From the NCBI GenBank assembly GCA_963705305.1, contig OY970067.1, forward strand, positions 1,280,001-1,344,000: 64,000 bases of DNA. The letters run 5' to 3'. Below, in pieces: positions 38,046 through 49,158 of this stretch. The position numbers and the translations under genes are program-made. Within the stretch, counting starts at the first letter, position 1. Each line of letters opens with the position of its first letter. This DNA comes from an uncultured Methylomirabilota bacterium (GTDB lineage: Bacteria; Methylomirabilota; Methylomirabilia; Methylomirabilales; 2-02-FULL-66-22). The notes beneath the pieces are model-generated. The model was not told where the DNA came from and searched no databases. It saw only the letters and a program-made list of their open reading frames with translations.

Positions 38046-39905
38046 ATGGCAATGGCTACCTCGATAGATCGGAAGAAGCGGCTCTCGGCGGCGGATTTCC
38101 TCGAGACGCTAGATGCGCGGCTGACTGCCCTGAAGCCGGCCGAACTCCGTGCGGCACTGATGGCGCACGCCGAGATGCTGCCAGCGGCGAAACGCGGGGC
38201 CTTCCTGGCCATCTTCGAGTTGGCGGATGACGCGGCCGAAACCGGCGGAAAGCGGCGGGGCGCGGGCGCGGAGCGGCTGCTGCGTGATATCGAAGCCCTG
38301 GTCGAGCAGTGTGGAGAGGAGCATTACGGGGGACGGGAGAACGATGAGGGGGACGCGGGCGAGGACGACGACTGGGATCATTATGAATCGGCGCATGCCA
38401 CCTGGCCGAGGGCAAAGATAGACGCCCTGTTCGAGCAAGTGGATGCCGTCTTTCGCGCAGGCGACCTGGCCCTGGCACGCGAGGCCTACGCGAAACTGTT
38501 CGACCTGGTCGCCACCTACGGGGAGGACGGCTTCGACGCGGATGAGGAGGAGTCCGAGCCGGTCGGGGCAACCGATCTCGATGAGGCCAAGGCCCGATAT
38601 CTTCGCGCGCTCTACGAGACGACCGAGCCGGCGCATCGGCCCTCTGCCCTCCTGAAGACGTTGCAGGAACTCCAGTTTGTGGGCGGGCCGGTCGGGATCC
38701 CCGAAATGATCGGCGCGCGCCGCGCCTCCCTGCCGGATCGAGAAGCTTTCCTGGATGCCTGGATCGAACTGCTCCGCCAGCGCCAGTCGGACCAGGCTGG
38801 GTTCATCACCGAGGCACGCCGGCTCCTCTTCCAGGCGGTACGACTACACCAGGGGACCGAGGGGTTGGCGGAGCTGGCGCGGCGGGACGGGCGGCGCCTC
38901 CCGGAGGCGTACCGGAAATGGGTCCAGGCGCTCGCCGAAGAGGATCAGACCGACGAGGCGGTACGGGCCGCCCAGGAGGCGCTGCGCGCGCTCCCCCCCA
39001 GGGGAGAGATCCGGGCCTGGATCGCCGAGCTCATCGCAGAAGCGGCAGCGAAGAACAACGACGGGGCCACAAGGCTGGACGCCCGCCGGGAGGCATTTCG
39101 GGCGACGCCGACCCTCGCCCGCCTTTCATATCTCTGCGAGGCGGCGGAGCCCCTCGGGCAGTTGAATGCCGTGGTCCACGCGGAGACGGCGCAGGTGCGG
39201 ACGACCGTGGGGAGGCAGTCCAAGCAGAAGGGGCAGGATCCGGTGGAGCGGCTGCGGGGGCAGCGCCTCCTCGCGACGCTCCTCCTACTCGACGGTGAGA
39301 CCGAGGAGGCGATCGTGCTGGCGCAGCGGGCCCCGGCCGTAGGCTGGAGCGGGGGAGAGCATCCGGGACCGGTGGTGATGCCCTACCTCCTCTGCGCCGC
39401 AGCCGGCGGGGCGGAGCCCGCTGCCGGGACGGCGCTCGCCGAGATGTGGCGCGGGATCGATGCCGACGAATTACGCTTCCCGCTGTGGGACCTTGACGCC
39501 CTGGACGGCGACTTCGAGGACGAGCCGGAGGCCCCCTGGCCGGACACGTCTCCCACGCCCCGACCGGTGCGGCTCACCCCGTTTCTCCGGACCCAGATCG
39601 AGCGGCAACCGGTCGATCCCGAAGAACGCACTCGCTTCTTGAAGGTGGCCTGGACCCTTGCGGAACGACGGGTCAAGGAGATCCTGGACAAGAAGCACCG
39701 GCGTGCGTACGAGCGGGCCGCCATGCTCGTGGGCGCCGTTGCGGAGGCGCGGATCATGGCCGGGGACACCGGAGGGGGCAATGCCCTTCTCTCGAACGTT
39801 CGCCAGCAATTCTCGCGGTTCTCGGCCTTTACCCGTGAGTTGGACAAGGCCACTCGGCGCTCACCGCTCCTCCCCTCGCCGTCTCCAAAGCCTCGCCGCT
39901 GGTGA
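38046..39905 (+). CDS. Hypothetical alpha-helical (TPR-like) protein
   Basis: Long open frame with acidic patches, ARYLRALYE, RRAYERAA...FSAFTREL. Confidence 0.7.
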   Translation: MAMATSIDRKKRLSAADFLETLDARLTALKPAELRAALMAHAEMLPAAKRGAFLAIFELADDAAETGGKRRGAGAERLLRDIEALVEQCGEEHYGGRENDEGDAGEDDDWDHYESAHATWPRAKIDALFEQVDAVFRAGDLALAREAYAKLFDLVATYGEDGFDADEEESEPVGATDLDEAKARYLRALYETTEPAHRPSALLKTLQELQFVGGPVGIPEMIGARRASLPDREAFLDAWIELLRQRQSDQAGFITEARRLLFQAVRLHQGTEGLAELARRDGRRLPEAYRKWVQALAEEDQTDEAVRAAQEALRALPPRGEIRAWIAELIAEAAAKNNDGATRLDARREAFRATPTLARLSYLCEAAEPLGQLNAVVHAETAQVRTTVGRQSKQKGQDPVERLRGQRLLATLLLLDGETEEAIVLAQRAPAVGWSGGEHPGPVVMPYLLCAAAGGAEPAAGTALAEMWRGIDADELRFPLWDLDALDGDFEDEPEAPWPDTSPTPRPVRLTPFLRTQIERQPVDPEERTRFLKVAWTLAERRVKEILDKKHRRAYERAAMLVGAVAEARIMAGDTGGGNALLSNVRQQFSRFSAFTRELDKATRRSPLLPSPSPKPRRW

Positions 39906-40036
39906 CCAGCAGGCGCCAAGGCAACAGAGCCGCATCACTGCGATCCCCAGAATGTGGGGGTGATGAGAACCGTTGGGGACTGTGGCGGCGGGGCGGCGTC
40001 ATGGGGGGCGCAACAGGAGACCGCGTACGATGGCCG

Positions 40037-40891
40037 TCAGAGGTGAGCGGCGCGGCGCAATGGCCGGTCCGGCGCACAGTGGGTACGGATATGGGCCCAG
40101 CCATTCCGGGCGCCAACTGCCTCTCGCAGGATGTCGACGCGTTCCCCCGTCTTGACTCGCTCGTCGGAAGGCAGTGCGGTCGCCGCGTACTCCTCGACCA
40201 GCCGGATGCGCTCCTGGCGCGTGGCGCCCAGGGTGAGGATCCGGCTGTACACCTCGCAGGCGTAGGCGAACGTCTCCCGCCGGCGAAAGTCGATCTCCAG
40301 CAGCCATTCCCTCGTCCGGGTGTGCGGCAGCCCGGCATACTCGCGTTTCCAGTTGTGGAAGATGTGGGCGGCCTCGTGCACGAGGAAGTCCGCGAAGGTA
40401 TCCGGATCGGTGAAGTAGGTGAGGGCGATATAGCAGGTGGTCTCCTGGCTCAGCCCCACGATGCTGGCAGTCCCCCCGTGCAGCCCCGGGCGGCCCAGGC
40501 CGCCCAGATAAATGTTCCCGAGCTGCCAGGCAGTGTAGGGCCATCGCTGAGCGGCCAACACCGCTTCGATGGTCTCGGGCGTGAGGACAACGACCGCCTG
40601 TTCCAGGAGGCGCATCACCAGTGGCCGCTCGACGGCCGGGAACAGCCCATCCACCATTGGGGCGAGGCGCCCGCGAGCGAAGGCCGCCAGGTCCAGCCCC
40701 GGAGGGAAAGGTGGGGCCTTGGCACCGGTACCGCGGCGGCGGACCTCCGCGATCAGCGCTCCGTTCAGGGCCGCATGCTGCGCGCGTCCTTGCTCGATGA
40801 TGTTCGCGCCGGGCCAGCCGCGCGGGTCGGCGTCGGCCTCGCCCGTCTCCAGGTAGTGACAAATGCGTGCGGCCTGTGTCACGTCATCCAC
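40037..40891 (-). CDS. Hypothetical protein with HExxH motif
   Basis: FADFLVHEAAHIFHN...RETFAYACE. Confidence 0.65.
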   Translation of the reverse strand: MDDVTQAARICHYLETGEADADPRGWPGANIIEQGRAQHAALNGALIAEVRRRGTGAKAPPFPPGLDLAAFARGRLAPMVDGLFPAVERPLVMRLLEQAVVVLTPETIEAVLAAQRWPYTAWQLGNIYLGGLGRPGLHGGTASIVGLSQETTCYIALTYFTDPDTFADFLVHEAAHIFHNWKREYAGLPHTRTREWLLEIDFRRRETFAYACEVYSRILTLGATRQERIRLVEEYAATALPSDERVKTGERVDILREAVGARNGWAHIRTHCAPDRPLRRAAHL

Positions 40892-41039
40892 GAAATTGCC
40901 TCGCCCCTCGAAGGTCCCGCCCGGTCGTCTCTCTGTCCCCGGTCATGGCATTATACCGCAGCTCGTCCGATGGAAGCGTAGTGTCAGCGCCCGGCACCCG
41001 TGCCGACATCAGGGTTCTGGCTGTTCCACGAGGCGCCAC

Positions 41040-41538
41040 ACCGACCCCCTTGCCGCTATCGAGAAAGCCGCCCTCAGTTCCAGAATCACCCACGGGGCCC
41101 CGGGGTGTTTGGAGCCTGCCGGTACTACACCGGCTCGATCCTCAGGGTGCTCGCTCGCCGCCCCAAGGCGGAGCTCCTCGCGCCGCCCTGGAACCCCGTC
41201 CCCAACCTCTGGATCAAATCACCCTGGTCCCCAAGATCGCCACAATGGCCGCTGGGAGCTTCGAGCAGAAAGGGCCCCCGGCCATCCGGGGCACCGGCTA
41301 TGTGGTCGATTGCCCGGAGACCGCCTTCTGGGTCTTCCACAAGAGCCAGTCCTTCAAGGGGAACGCCCTCCTGGCGTTAAACCTCGGCGACGCCGACACC
41401 ACCGGCGCGGTGTAGGGCCAGCTCGCCAGCGCGTATTTCGGAGTCCAGGGCATCCCGTCCGAATTTCTCGCCATGCTGATGCAACGGGAGCTGATCGAAC
41501 AGTCTGCAGATCGCCTCCAGGCGCTGTCAGAGACATAG
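41040..41538 (+). pseudogene. ADP-ribosylglycohydrolase (DraG-like) remnant
   Basis: Broken frames: SSRITHG, ACRYY, IRGTGYVVD..AFW, NLGDADTTGAV*GQLASAYFG..GIP. Confidence 0.8.
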
Positions 41539-42591
41539 GGAGGGCACGCCGCTCGCGGCGTGGAGTCCGCACTGAAGTGCCTCTGGGAGGTGCTGCGTGG
41601 CAACCCAGTACTCGTTGAGATCCTTGTAGGGAGCGAGGTGCTCGGGGCAGAGGCGATGGATGTGCTTGCCCGCCTTCATTGCCGCCTCGGCGAGCACGGC
41701 GCCCCGCTGCTGGCCGGCCGTGTCGGCATCCGCAGCAAGGATGAAGGGGGAGGAGGGCATCTGCGCCCACCACTTCTCGCGGACACTGAGGCCGTTGATA
41801 TCGGCAGCGGGATACCCGGCGGCGAGGCAGGCGAGGGCGTCGAAGAGGCCCTCGACGAGGATACAGCCGTCCTCGTGGAGCGACCAAGCGTAGAAGATCC
41901 CTTTCGTGCCTGGCAGCAGGTCGTGGCGCAGGTCCTTGACGCAGGGGACCGTCGCCCGGCCGTACAGCGCGAGGAGGATGCCGTCCGGGGTGGTGAGGGG
42001 AGCAACGATGCGGGGCTGGCCGGCGCCACGTCTATGGGGCCAGGCGCCGCACGGGGCGTAGCCAAGTCCGGCGGCCCGGGCGACCGAGAGGAGGATGCCG
42101 CGGCTCTCGAGGTAGTGGCGGGCGTGATCATTGGAGAGAAGGTCCTGGCTCCGTCGGAGAAAGGTGTGGACCTCGGGGCGAGCCGGCTGGGGAGGGGGCG
42201 CGGGCTTTCGCAGGGTTCGCGGCAGCATGGCCTGAGCCTGGAGGCCGGCACGAGCCGTGCGGCGGTCGTAACCGTCGACCGCTTCGATGCCGGCGTAATT
42301 GCAGAGAGCGCGAACAGCGTCTCCCGGAGAGAGGCCGCGGACGAGGCTGACGATGTCCACCACGCTTCCGCCCTTCCCACAGCCATGGCAACGCCACGTG
42401 CGGCCGGTGGAGGAGATCCAGGCGGACATGGAGCGGTCACCGTGCCCGTGCTCCACGTAGTTCGGACACTGCATGGACCGGCCGTGGTGTCGCAGGCCAT
42501 GCCACTCGAGCATCTCCCCGATGCTGACCCAGGCTTTGACGGCTGCGAAGAGGTCGAAGGTGGTTGGGGTGGCGGCAACGAGAAGACGCAT
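41527..42591 (-). CDS. DNA primase-like protein (Zn finger + TOPRIM)
   Basis: CP..H.D..S...WRCHGCGKGGSVVD, YLESRGI, LVEGLFDALA, ADADTAG, KDLNE. Confidence 0.85.
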   Translation of the reverse strand: MRLLVAATPTTFDLFAAVKAWVSIGEMLEWHGLRHHGRSMQCPNYVEHGHGDRSMSAWISSTGRTWRCHGCGKGGSVVDIVSLVRGLSPGDAVRALCNYAGIEAVDGYDRRTARAGLQAQAMLPRTLRKPAPPPQPARPEVHTFLRRSQDLLSNDHARHYLESRGILLSVARAAGLGYAPCGAWPHRRGAGQPRIVAPLTTPDGILLALYGRATVPCVKDLRHDLLPGTKGIFYAWSLHEDGCILVEGLFDALACLAAGYPAADINGLSVREKWWAQMPSSPFILAADADTAGQQRGAVLAEAAMKAGKHIHRLCPEHLAPYKDLNEYWVATQHLPEALQCGLHAASGVPSLCL

Positions 42592-42640
42592 GATGGGTTC
42601 AGGACCTGCAATCCGCAGCGTGGTGGGCGCCTCGCATGGG

Positions 42641-43348
42641 TCAGAACAGCGACAGTTGTGCGGCAGCGACTGGGATGACCAGGGAAGGACGGTGGGGCAC
42701 GATCGGACCCTTGGCCGAGGGTGCCGGCGCGAGGATCTCGCGGTGGTATGGGATAGTGTCGGGGGCGTTCAGCGCGGTGCCGCAGAGCGGGCCCGTGGCC
42801 GGAATTCCGTCGGGAATCACGAGGCAGTCGAGGGGGTTCGGGGTCGGGGTCTCGGCCTGGTATCGCTCGAGGATGGCCCGGATCTCGGCGATGAGCGGCT
42901 CCAGCTTGCCCGCCGTTCGCTTGAGGCACCCGATGCCGATGGGGCTGGACACGTCGACAATTTCAAGCCCCTTGCGCCAGACGATCTGCGCGGGCCAGAC
43001 CAGACGAGACCGACACATGGGGCAGCGGGCGTTCTCGCGGAAACGACTGCGCTCCTGGACAGTGTAATCGAGGCCCTCCGGGGCGAATCGGGCGGAGCTG
43101 ATCCAGAACAGGTCGTCGAGGAAGGCGCTCCCCTTCTCCGTCAGCAGGAGGAAAGCGCCCAACGCGATGAGCTGGTTGGCCGCCTCACGCAGCGCCGTCA
43201 CGATCTCGGGGATGAACAAGCGGCCCTCATGGATCCGTCGTGCGAGGCGGATGAGCCGCTTGGCCTTGGCGGTGAAGAAGCGCTGGTCTCTCGGGCTGGT
43301 GTAGCTCAGAGAACCAGCCTTGGTGTAGGCAGCCAGGTCGATCTGCAT
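42641..43348 (-). CDS. Hypothetical protein with Zn-ribbon motif
   Basis: RCPMCRSRL...PIGIGC; ends QLSLF (beta-clamp-binding-like). Confidence 0.55.
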   Translation of the reverse strand: MQIDLAAYTKAGSLSYTSPRDQRFFTAKAKRLIRLARRIHEGRLFIPEIVTALREAANQLIALGAFLLLTEKGSAFLDDLFWISSARFAPEGLDYTVQERSRFRENARCPMCRSRLVWPAQIVWRKGLEIVDVSSPIGIGCLKRTAGKLEPLIAEIRAILERYQAETPTPNPLDCLVIPDGIPATGPLCGTALNAPDTIPYHREILAPAPSAKGPIVPHRPSLVIPVAAAQLSLF

Positions 43349-43373
43349 AGAGAGGTCCTCCGTCTTGGCAGGG

Positions 43374-43919
43374 TTAGCGGTCGCGCCCGGCGTACGGATA
43401 GCTATCGGGGTCATCCCGGACGCCGGCGATGTGTTTACAGGGGAGCCGCTTGAAGCGCCAGACCGGACAGGAACACTGCCACTCGCCCTGGGCAGTCTGG
43501 GAGACAGTCCAGGTCTTGTCCCCGGAGGAGCGCGGCACGGAGTAGCGGGCCTGGTACCGATCCTGAGCGACGCCGAGTAGGGCAGGAAAGAGCTTTCGCT
43601 CGATGTCGGTGGCGGTGATCGTGGTGGTGGTTTCATCCCGCAGGCGAGCCGAGAGAAGCCGGCTGAGCAGGGTCCGCTGCCCGGCAGCCTGCGTTTCGGC
43701 CGCGGCAACCCCGGCCTGCGTGGACGTGCGGAGGTAGTGGGAGAGAATGACCTCAGCAGCACGGCCAAAGGGGGATACGGCATCGAGGCCCGCCTCGGGG
43801 GTCCGGCAGCCGGACGGGAGGGCGAGCACGATCTGGCGGACTCCATTCCCGCAGACCGTGATCCGCTCGATGCCGGTACCGGGGTTCTTGGTGATGTGGT
43901 AGACGAGAACAGTGGACAT
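43374..43919 (-). CDS. SWIM zinc-finger protein
   Basis: WQCSCPVWRFKRLPCKHI. Confidence 0.7.
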   Translation of the reverse strand: MSTVLVYHITKNPGTGIERITVCGNGVRQIVLALPSGCRTPEAGLDAVSPFGRAAEVILSHYLRTSTQAGVAAAETQAAGQRTLLSRLLSARLRDETTTTITATDIERKLFPALLGVAQDRYQARYSVPRSSGDKTWTVSQTAQGEWQCSCPVWRFKRLPCKHIAGVRDDPDSYPYAGRDR

Positions 43920-44586
43920 ACGGGCTCCCGGGGAAGAGCAAGCTCCCGCCGAAGGGTGAGTGGTTGAAGAGGCATGACGTGTGGCGCGTGTGCAAAGGAG
44001 GAAACGTGGGGAATTTCACCGGAGGCAGCGGCCATTCGCTCAGGGGAGACGAGTTGCGTAGAGTAAGGGGTGGCAGGCAAGACAGTGCGATGTGGGGCTG
44101 GCCGGGGATTAGGCCTGCACGATTCCGCGTGCATTCCGCCCCGAAGTGGAAATCGCCCCCCCCCCTGGAGCGGCTCTTTCCGATCCCCATGGTAGCCTAC
44201 ACCCCCGCGGTATTCCTTGGGGCCGGGCCAGCCGTGCACGCCGCCTCCCACCGGAATATGAGATTCTGAGGGTCAGGCCGCGCCATGGGACCCGGCGCCG
44301 GCTAAGAGGGTTCCCAGTGGGGGTCCTCATCCTGTCGCCCACCTGCTTCGTGGGCCAGGCCCTCACCTGACTGCTCGTCGCGCTCCCCCGCGGCACCTCA
44401 GCCGCCCGCCACTGCCGCGACGTGCTGCCTGGCTGATCATGATGCCGGACCCGACCCACGCCCCAGTCTTAGAGGTCCCGGGCCCCTCGAGAGCCCGAGC
44501 ACCGTAGTGCGTCAGGACAAGCAGGATCCGCATCTCGTCTCGGCGCCCCGGACTTTCTCAAATACTGAGGAAGGGCAAGAGCGTGA

Positions 44587-44609
44587 AACGCCTTGACTTG
44601 TAAGGCGTT
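44587..44609. promoter_or_regulatory. Inverted repeat overlapping a TTGACT box upstream of the PHP-ATPase gene
   Basis: aacgcctt-N7-aaggcgtt. Confidence 0.4.
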
Positions 44610-44768
44610 CAGGGCGATCCTATCCGGCTAAGAGGACAACAGTCTCGCTGAAAAATATATTGTGGGCGCCCGGTTCCATTTGCGTGCGCTTGTGGCAGGG
44701 AGACATGAGCGCGTCGGTGAGATGACTCGCCAGTAGGAGGTCGGTCGATAGGGGGGGCGATTCAGAGA

Positions 44769-47456
44769 ATGGCAATAACGACGCCTGCCGATTACCTTGC
44801 GAACGCTTTGAGCCTACCGAGCGGTGCCCGCTTCTATCGGTGTGCGCTGCAGGTCAATCCCTATGAGTACATCATCCGCGAGAAGAAGCCGACTCGGTTC
44901 GCGGATGAGGCCAGCTACAATACTGCCCTTGTCGAAGCCTGCAAGCAGCACGATGTTGAGGTGATTGCTGTCACCGACCATTATAACATCCGTAGCGGAG
45001 CTGGACTGTGCCAAGCAGCGCGTGAAGCGGGACTCCTCGTCTTCCCTGGCTTTGAGGCAAAGACAAAAGACGGTGTGCATTTTCTTTGCCTGTTCGACCC
45101 GACTCGTCCGCCAGACATCGTTGACCGGTTCATCGGTGCGTGCGGCATCCAGGAGGAGGTGCCAGGTGCAGCGAGTCGGACACACGACACGCTGGAACTA
45201 CTGGCGGAGGCCCCAAAGTGGCAGGCAATCTGTATCGCGGCGCATGTAGACTTGCCACGAGGCGGTCTCCTTGGCATCCTCAGCGGCCAACCCCGGATCA
45301 ATGCGTGGAAATCCGAGCATTTCTTGGCCTGCTCGCTCCCTGGTCCGGTCAACTCGGCACCCGAAAGCCTGCGGGCGATTCTTGAGAATAAGACGCCTGA
45401 GTATCACCGCGAACGGCCCGTCGCGGTGATCAACGCCCAAGATGTTAATGGCCCCGATGATCTGGCCAAACCGGGCACCACCTGCTGGATCAAGATGTCC
45501 GAAGTCACGGTCGAGGGACTCCGCCAAGCCTTTCTCGACCCTGGATCCCGCATTCGGCTAGTCAGTGATCCGGTGCCTGAGGAACATGCGGAATTCGTGG
45601 CGATTGCGTGGCAGGGAGGTTTCCTTCGCGACGTCGCTGTGCATCTCAACGAGAACCTCAATGTCCTCATCGGTGGCCGCGGAACCGGGAAATCGACGAT
45701 TGTCGAGAGCCTTCGCTATGTGCTCGGTTTGGAACCGATCGGCGACGAAGCCCGGAAGACGCATGACGGAATCGTTCGTCAGGTGCTGAGGAGTGGTACG
45801 AAGATCTCCCTGCTCGTGCGTTCTCATCGGCCCGCAAAGCGGGAGTACGTTATTGAGCGGACTGTTCCGAATCCACCGATCGTTCGAGATCAATCTGGCA
45901 CCGTGCTGCCATTGACGCCCCTCGATGTGGTGCGCCAGGTCGAGGTTTATGGCCAGCATGAGATCTCGGAATTAGCGAGGAGTGCCGAGAAACGCACGCG
46001 GCTACTTGAGCGCTTCAGAGAGCCTGACGCGAGCCTAGTTCAGCGCAAGACCGAACTCCAGCGGGAGCTCGAACGTTCACGGATCCGTCTGCTCGACATC
46101 CTGAAGGAACAGAGCCAGAGCGAGGAGCGCCTTGCGGCCCTTCCAGCGCTCGAGGAAACACTGAAACGGTTCCAGGAGGCGGGGCTCGAGGAGCGACTCA
46201 AAGACCAGAGTCTCCTCGTCCGTGAGGAGCGAGTCCTCAAGACCATTCCTGAGCGAACCGCGCCATTCCGTCGGCTCCTCGAGGCCCTTCGGACAGCACT
46301 TCCCGTCGACCGCGCCTTCCTCTCCGCCGCGGCCCTCGATGATCTGCCCGGCAAGGCGATTCTCGCGGAAGCCGACCGGGTTCTCGAACGATTCAACCGG
46401 GAAATGGAAGATGTCGTGCAGCGCATGGCCCGCGTTCTCGAGACGGCCGATACCGGCATTGGCGAAGTCCGTCAGCGATGGGATACGCGTCGCCTTGAGG
46501 TCCAGGCTGCTTACGACAAGATTCTCCGGGAGCTTCAGAAATCGCGAATCGACGGCGAAGAGTTCATTCGCTTGCGCCGACAGATCGAGGAGTTGCGCCC
46601 CCTGACAGAGCGGCGAGCACTGCTTGAACGTGACCGACAAGAGCAGGACAGGCGTCGCTTGAATCTCCTAGCCGAGTGGGAAGACATTCAAAGGGAAGAG
46701 TTCCGTCAACTCGACTCCGCGGCCCGGAAAGTGAGCCAGCAGCTCAGCGGCCGCGTGCGCGTTCGGGTGAGCTTTGGCGGAAATCGGGACCCGCTCTTCC
46801 GCCTCCTCAAGGAGCAGATCGGCGGTCGACTCGCCGAGGCGATCGAGATTCTCGGTCGACGAGAACAGTTATCTCTTCGGGAACTGGCCTCCGCCACCCG
46901 AGAGGGCCGGGAGAGCCTCGTCCGAAAGTTTGGCCTCTCTCCCGCCGCCTCTGAGCGCCTGGCGCAGGCCGGGCCTGCAGTTGTCATGCAGATCGAGGAG
47001 ACCGAGTTGATTCACACAACCGCCATCGACCTGAATGTCGCCGCAGAGGGACACGACCCGGAGTGGCGGACATTGGAAGAATTGTCGACGGGTCAGAAGG
47101 CGACGGCACTCTTGCTGCTTCTCCTGCTCGAGTCCGACGCCCCTCTCGTAGTAGACCAGCCCGAAGACGATTTGGACAACCGGTTTATCACGGAAGGTGT
47201 TGTCCCGAAGATGCGCGAGGAAAAACGGCGCCGTCAGTTTGTGTTTGCGACACACAATGCCAACGTTCCTGTGTTGGCTGATGCTGAGTTGATTTTGGGC
47301 CTCAGGGCTGCTGGTGAAGGGGCAGAAGGCCGGGCGGAAATCCCGGTGGAGCATATGGCGTCGATTGATTCCCGTAGAGTTCGGGAGTTGGTTGAGGAGA
47401 TCCTGGAGGGCGGGAAGCCTGCCTTCGAGATGCGCCGCCTGAAGTATGGCTTCTAG
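44769..47456 (+). CDS. PHP-domain + ABC/SMC-like ATPase (TrlF/Ppl-like)
   Basis: PHP motifs IAVTDH, PGFE..DGVH, IAAH; Walker A IGGRGTGKS; coiled coil; LSTGQK, VDQPEDDLD, ATHNAN. Confidence 0.85.
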   Translation: MAITTPADYLANALSLPSGARFYRCALQVNPYEYIIREKKPTRFADEASYNTALVEACKQHDVEVIAVTDHYNIRSGAGLCQAAREAGLLVFPGFEAKTKDGVHFLCLFDPTRPPDIVDRFIGACGIQEEVPGAASRTHDTLELLAEAPKWQAICIAAHVDLPRGGLLGILSGQPRINAWKSEHFLACSLPGPVNSAPESLRAILENKTPEYHRERPVAVINAQDVNGPDDLAKPGTTCWIKMSEVTVEGLRQAFLDPGSRIRLVSDPVPEEHAEFVAIAWQGGFLRDVAVHLNENLNVLIGGRGTGKSTIVESLRYVLGLEPIGDEARKTHDGIVRQVLRSGTKISLLVRSHRPAKREYVIERTVPNPPIVRDQSGTVLPLTPLDVVRQVEVYGQHEISELARSAEKRTRLLERFREPDASLVQRKTELQRELERSRIRLLDILKEQSQSEERLAALPALEETLKRFQEAGLEERLKDQSLLVREERVLKTIPERTAPFRRLLEALRTALPVDRAFLSAAALDDLPGKAILAEADRVLERFNREMEDVVQRMARVLETADTGIGEVRQRWDTRRLEVQAAYDKILRELQKSRIDGEEFIRLRRQIEELRPLTERRALLERDRQEQDRRRLNLLAEWEDIQREEFRQLDSAARKVSQQLSGRVRVRVSFGGNRDPLFRLLKEQIGGRLAEAIEILGRREQLSLRELASATREGRESLVRKFGLSPAASERLAQAGPAVVMQIEETELIHTTAIDLNVAAEGHDPEWRTLEELSTGQKATALLLLLLLESDAPLVVDQPEDDLDNRFITEGVVPKMREEKRRRQFVFATHNANVPVLADAELILGLRAAGEGAEGRAEIPVEHMASIDSRRVRELVEEILEGGKPAFEMRRLKYGF

Positions 47457-47467
47457 GTAATGCGGGT

Positions 47468-48695
47468 ATGACAAAGACAGACCTCCTCGAAATCATCGCA
47501 AACGGCGAGAGCTCCGGAGTCGAGTTCAAGCGGGACACAATCGACAACCGCGCGCTCGCCAAAGAGCTGGTGGCGTTCAGTAATTTCGAGGGCGGCATGG
47601 TGCTTCTTGGAGTCGAGAAGGATGGCACACTCTCGGGCATTGCCCGGCCGAATCTCGAAGAATGGGTAATGACAGCGTGTCGCGACAAGATTCGACCGGA
47701 GCTGATCCCTTTCTACGAAGTTGTCCGCAACCTTGAACCAGGGAAGGACATTGCTGTCGTTCGGGTCAACCGAGGATGGACAGTCCACCATGTTTGGCAC
47801 GATAATCATCGGACGTATTACATCCGGGTCGGAACCGAGAGCCGTGAGGCCAGCTGGGAGGAGTTGGAGCGGCTAGCGCAACAACGCGGCGGGTTTCGAG
47901 TGGAATTACGACCGGTCTCGGGGTCATCCGTCCGGGACCTGGACCTGCGACGGCTTCGTGATTATTTTACTCGGATCCGACAACAGCCTGCACCCGCCGG
48001 CGAGGATGAGGAGGCCTGGCGGCTTCTCCTTGTGAATACGGAGATTCTCGCCGAGCAAGAGGGGACACTCCCGGCAACCGTTTCTGGGGTTCTGCTCTTC
48101 GGAATCGTTCCCAACCGTTTTCTCCCTCAAGCGGGCATCGATGCGGCGGCCTATCCCGGTACGCAAAGGGATTACGCGACGCGCGAGCGTGCGGCACTTC
48201 GCGGGCCCCTAACGCCTCTCGCTGGAGCTAGCGGCATCGTCGAAAACGGCTTGGTTGAGCAAGCACTAGCCTTTGTGCATCGCAATACACGAGTCGACGC
48301 AGAACTTGAGGGGGGCGCCCGGCGGGTTGAACGACGGGAGTATCCCGATGAGGCCGTGCGGGAGACCCTGGTCAATGCCGTCGTACATCGTGATTATCTG
48401 TTGTCCGGCACGAATATTGAACTCTCGATCTATGAAGATCGGCTAGAAGTCATTTCGCCAGGGCGCCTCCCCAACGGCATCACCCCACTGGGAATGCGCA
48501 TCGGCTCACGGGCATCGCGCAATCAAATACTCAAAGAACGTCATGCGCGACTACGGCTACCTGGAGCATATGGGGATGGGCGTCCCACGTAAGATTGTCA
48601 GGGGAATGCAGGAGCATAACGGGACGGATCCTGATCTTATCGAAGATGGAGAGCGGTTTATCGTTCGCCTGTGGAGTCGCACTCGGCAGTTGTAA
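47468..48695 (+). CDS. AlbA_2/Schlafen-domain protein with ATP-binding C-terminus (apparent +1 frameshift near 48535)
   Basis: GESSGVEFKR, LVAFSNFEGG..LGV, EYPDEAVRETLVNAVVHRDY, ISPGRLP; the tail VMRDYGYLEHMGMG is in the next frame. Confidence 0.85.
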
Positions 48696-49002
48696 GATCC
48701 AAGACCGGACGATTCACATTCAATTCATATGCTCCTGGGCGCCGTACTCGCGTCTGACGAAGACGCGAAGTCTCCTTTCGGGCAACGGTCGCCGTGATTG
48801 CTCGGTCCCGCTCAGCGACGCGCCGCCTGCCTTCTCTCCAGATTTCACCCTTGCTGCAACTGAAGCTCGTGGGACCGTACGGGCCATTTGCAGACGACAA
48901 TCGTACGTCAGGACGGAATGAATCCGGGAAGGCTCCGCGAGGACCAGTCACGGGAGGGTCAGGGGACAGATGGCCTGTGAGAAAAAGCGATCTCTGGAGG
49001 GT

Positions 49003-49158
49003 TTAGGGCAGGACCCTGGCGACAGCCATGAGACAGGTTGAAAGAATGGGATGGACGGCAAGGCCCGCCGCTATCCCACCACCAAAAGCGACCCATCCAA
49101 TGACTTCCAGGGCGGTGTCGATGTGGGCACCGGTTTCGTGCTGCACGGTTTTCGCCAT
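49003..49158 (-). CDS. 51-aa small hydrophobic protein
   Basis: Strong RBS aaggaggt; MAKTVQHETGAHIDTALEVIGWVAFGGGIAAGLAVHPILSTCLMAVARVLP. Confidence 0.5.
   Translation of the reverse strand: MAKTVQHETGAHIDTALEVIGWVAFGGGIAAGLAVHPILSTCLMAVARVLP

Noticed and set aside
42641..44251. 536-aa ORF as listed
   Set aside because: The upstream part overlaps the SWIM gene and is low-complexity shadow sequence; only 42641-43348 was kept.
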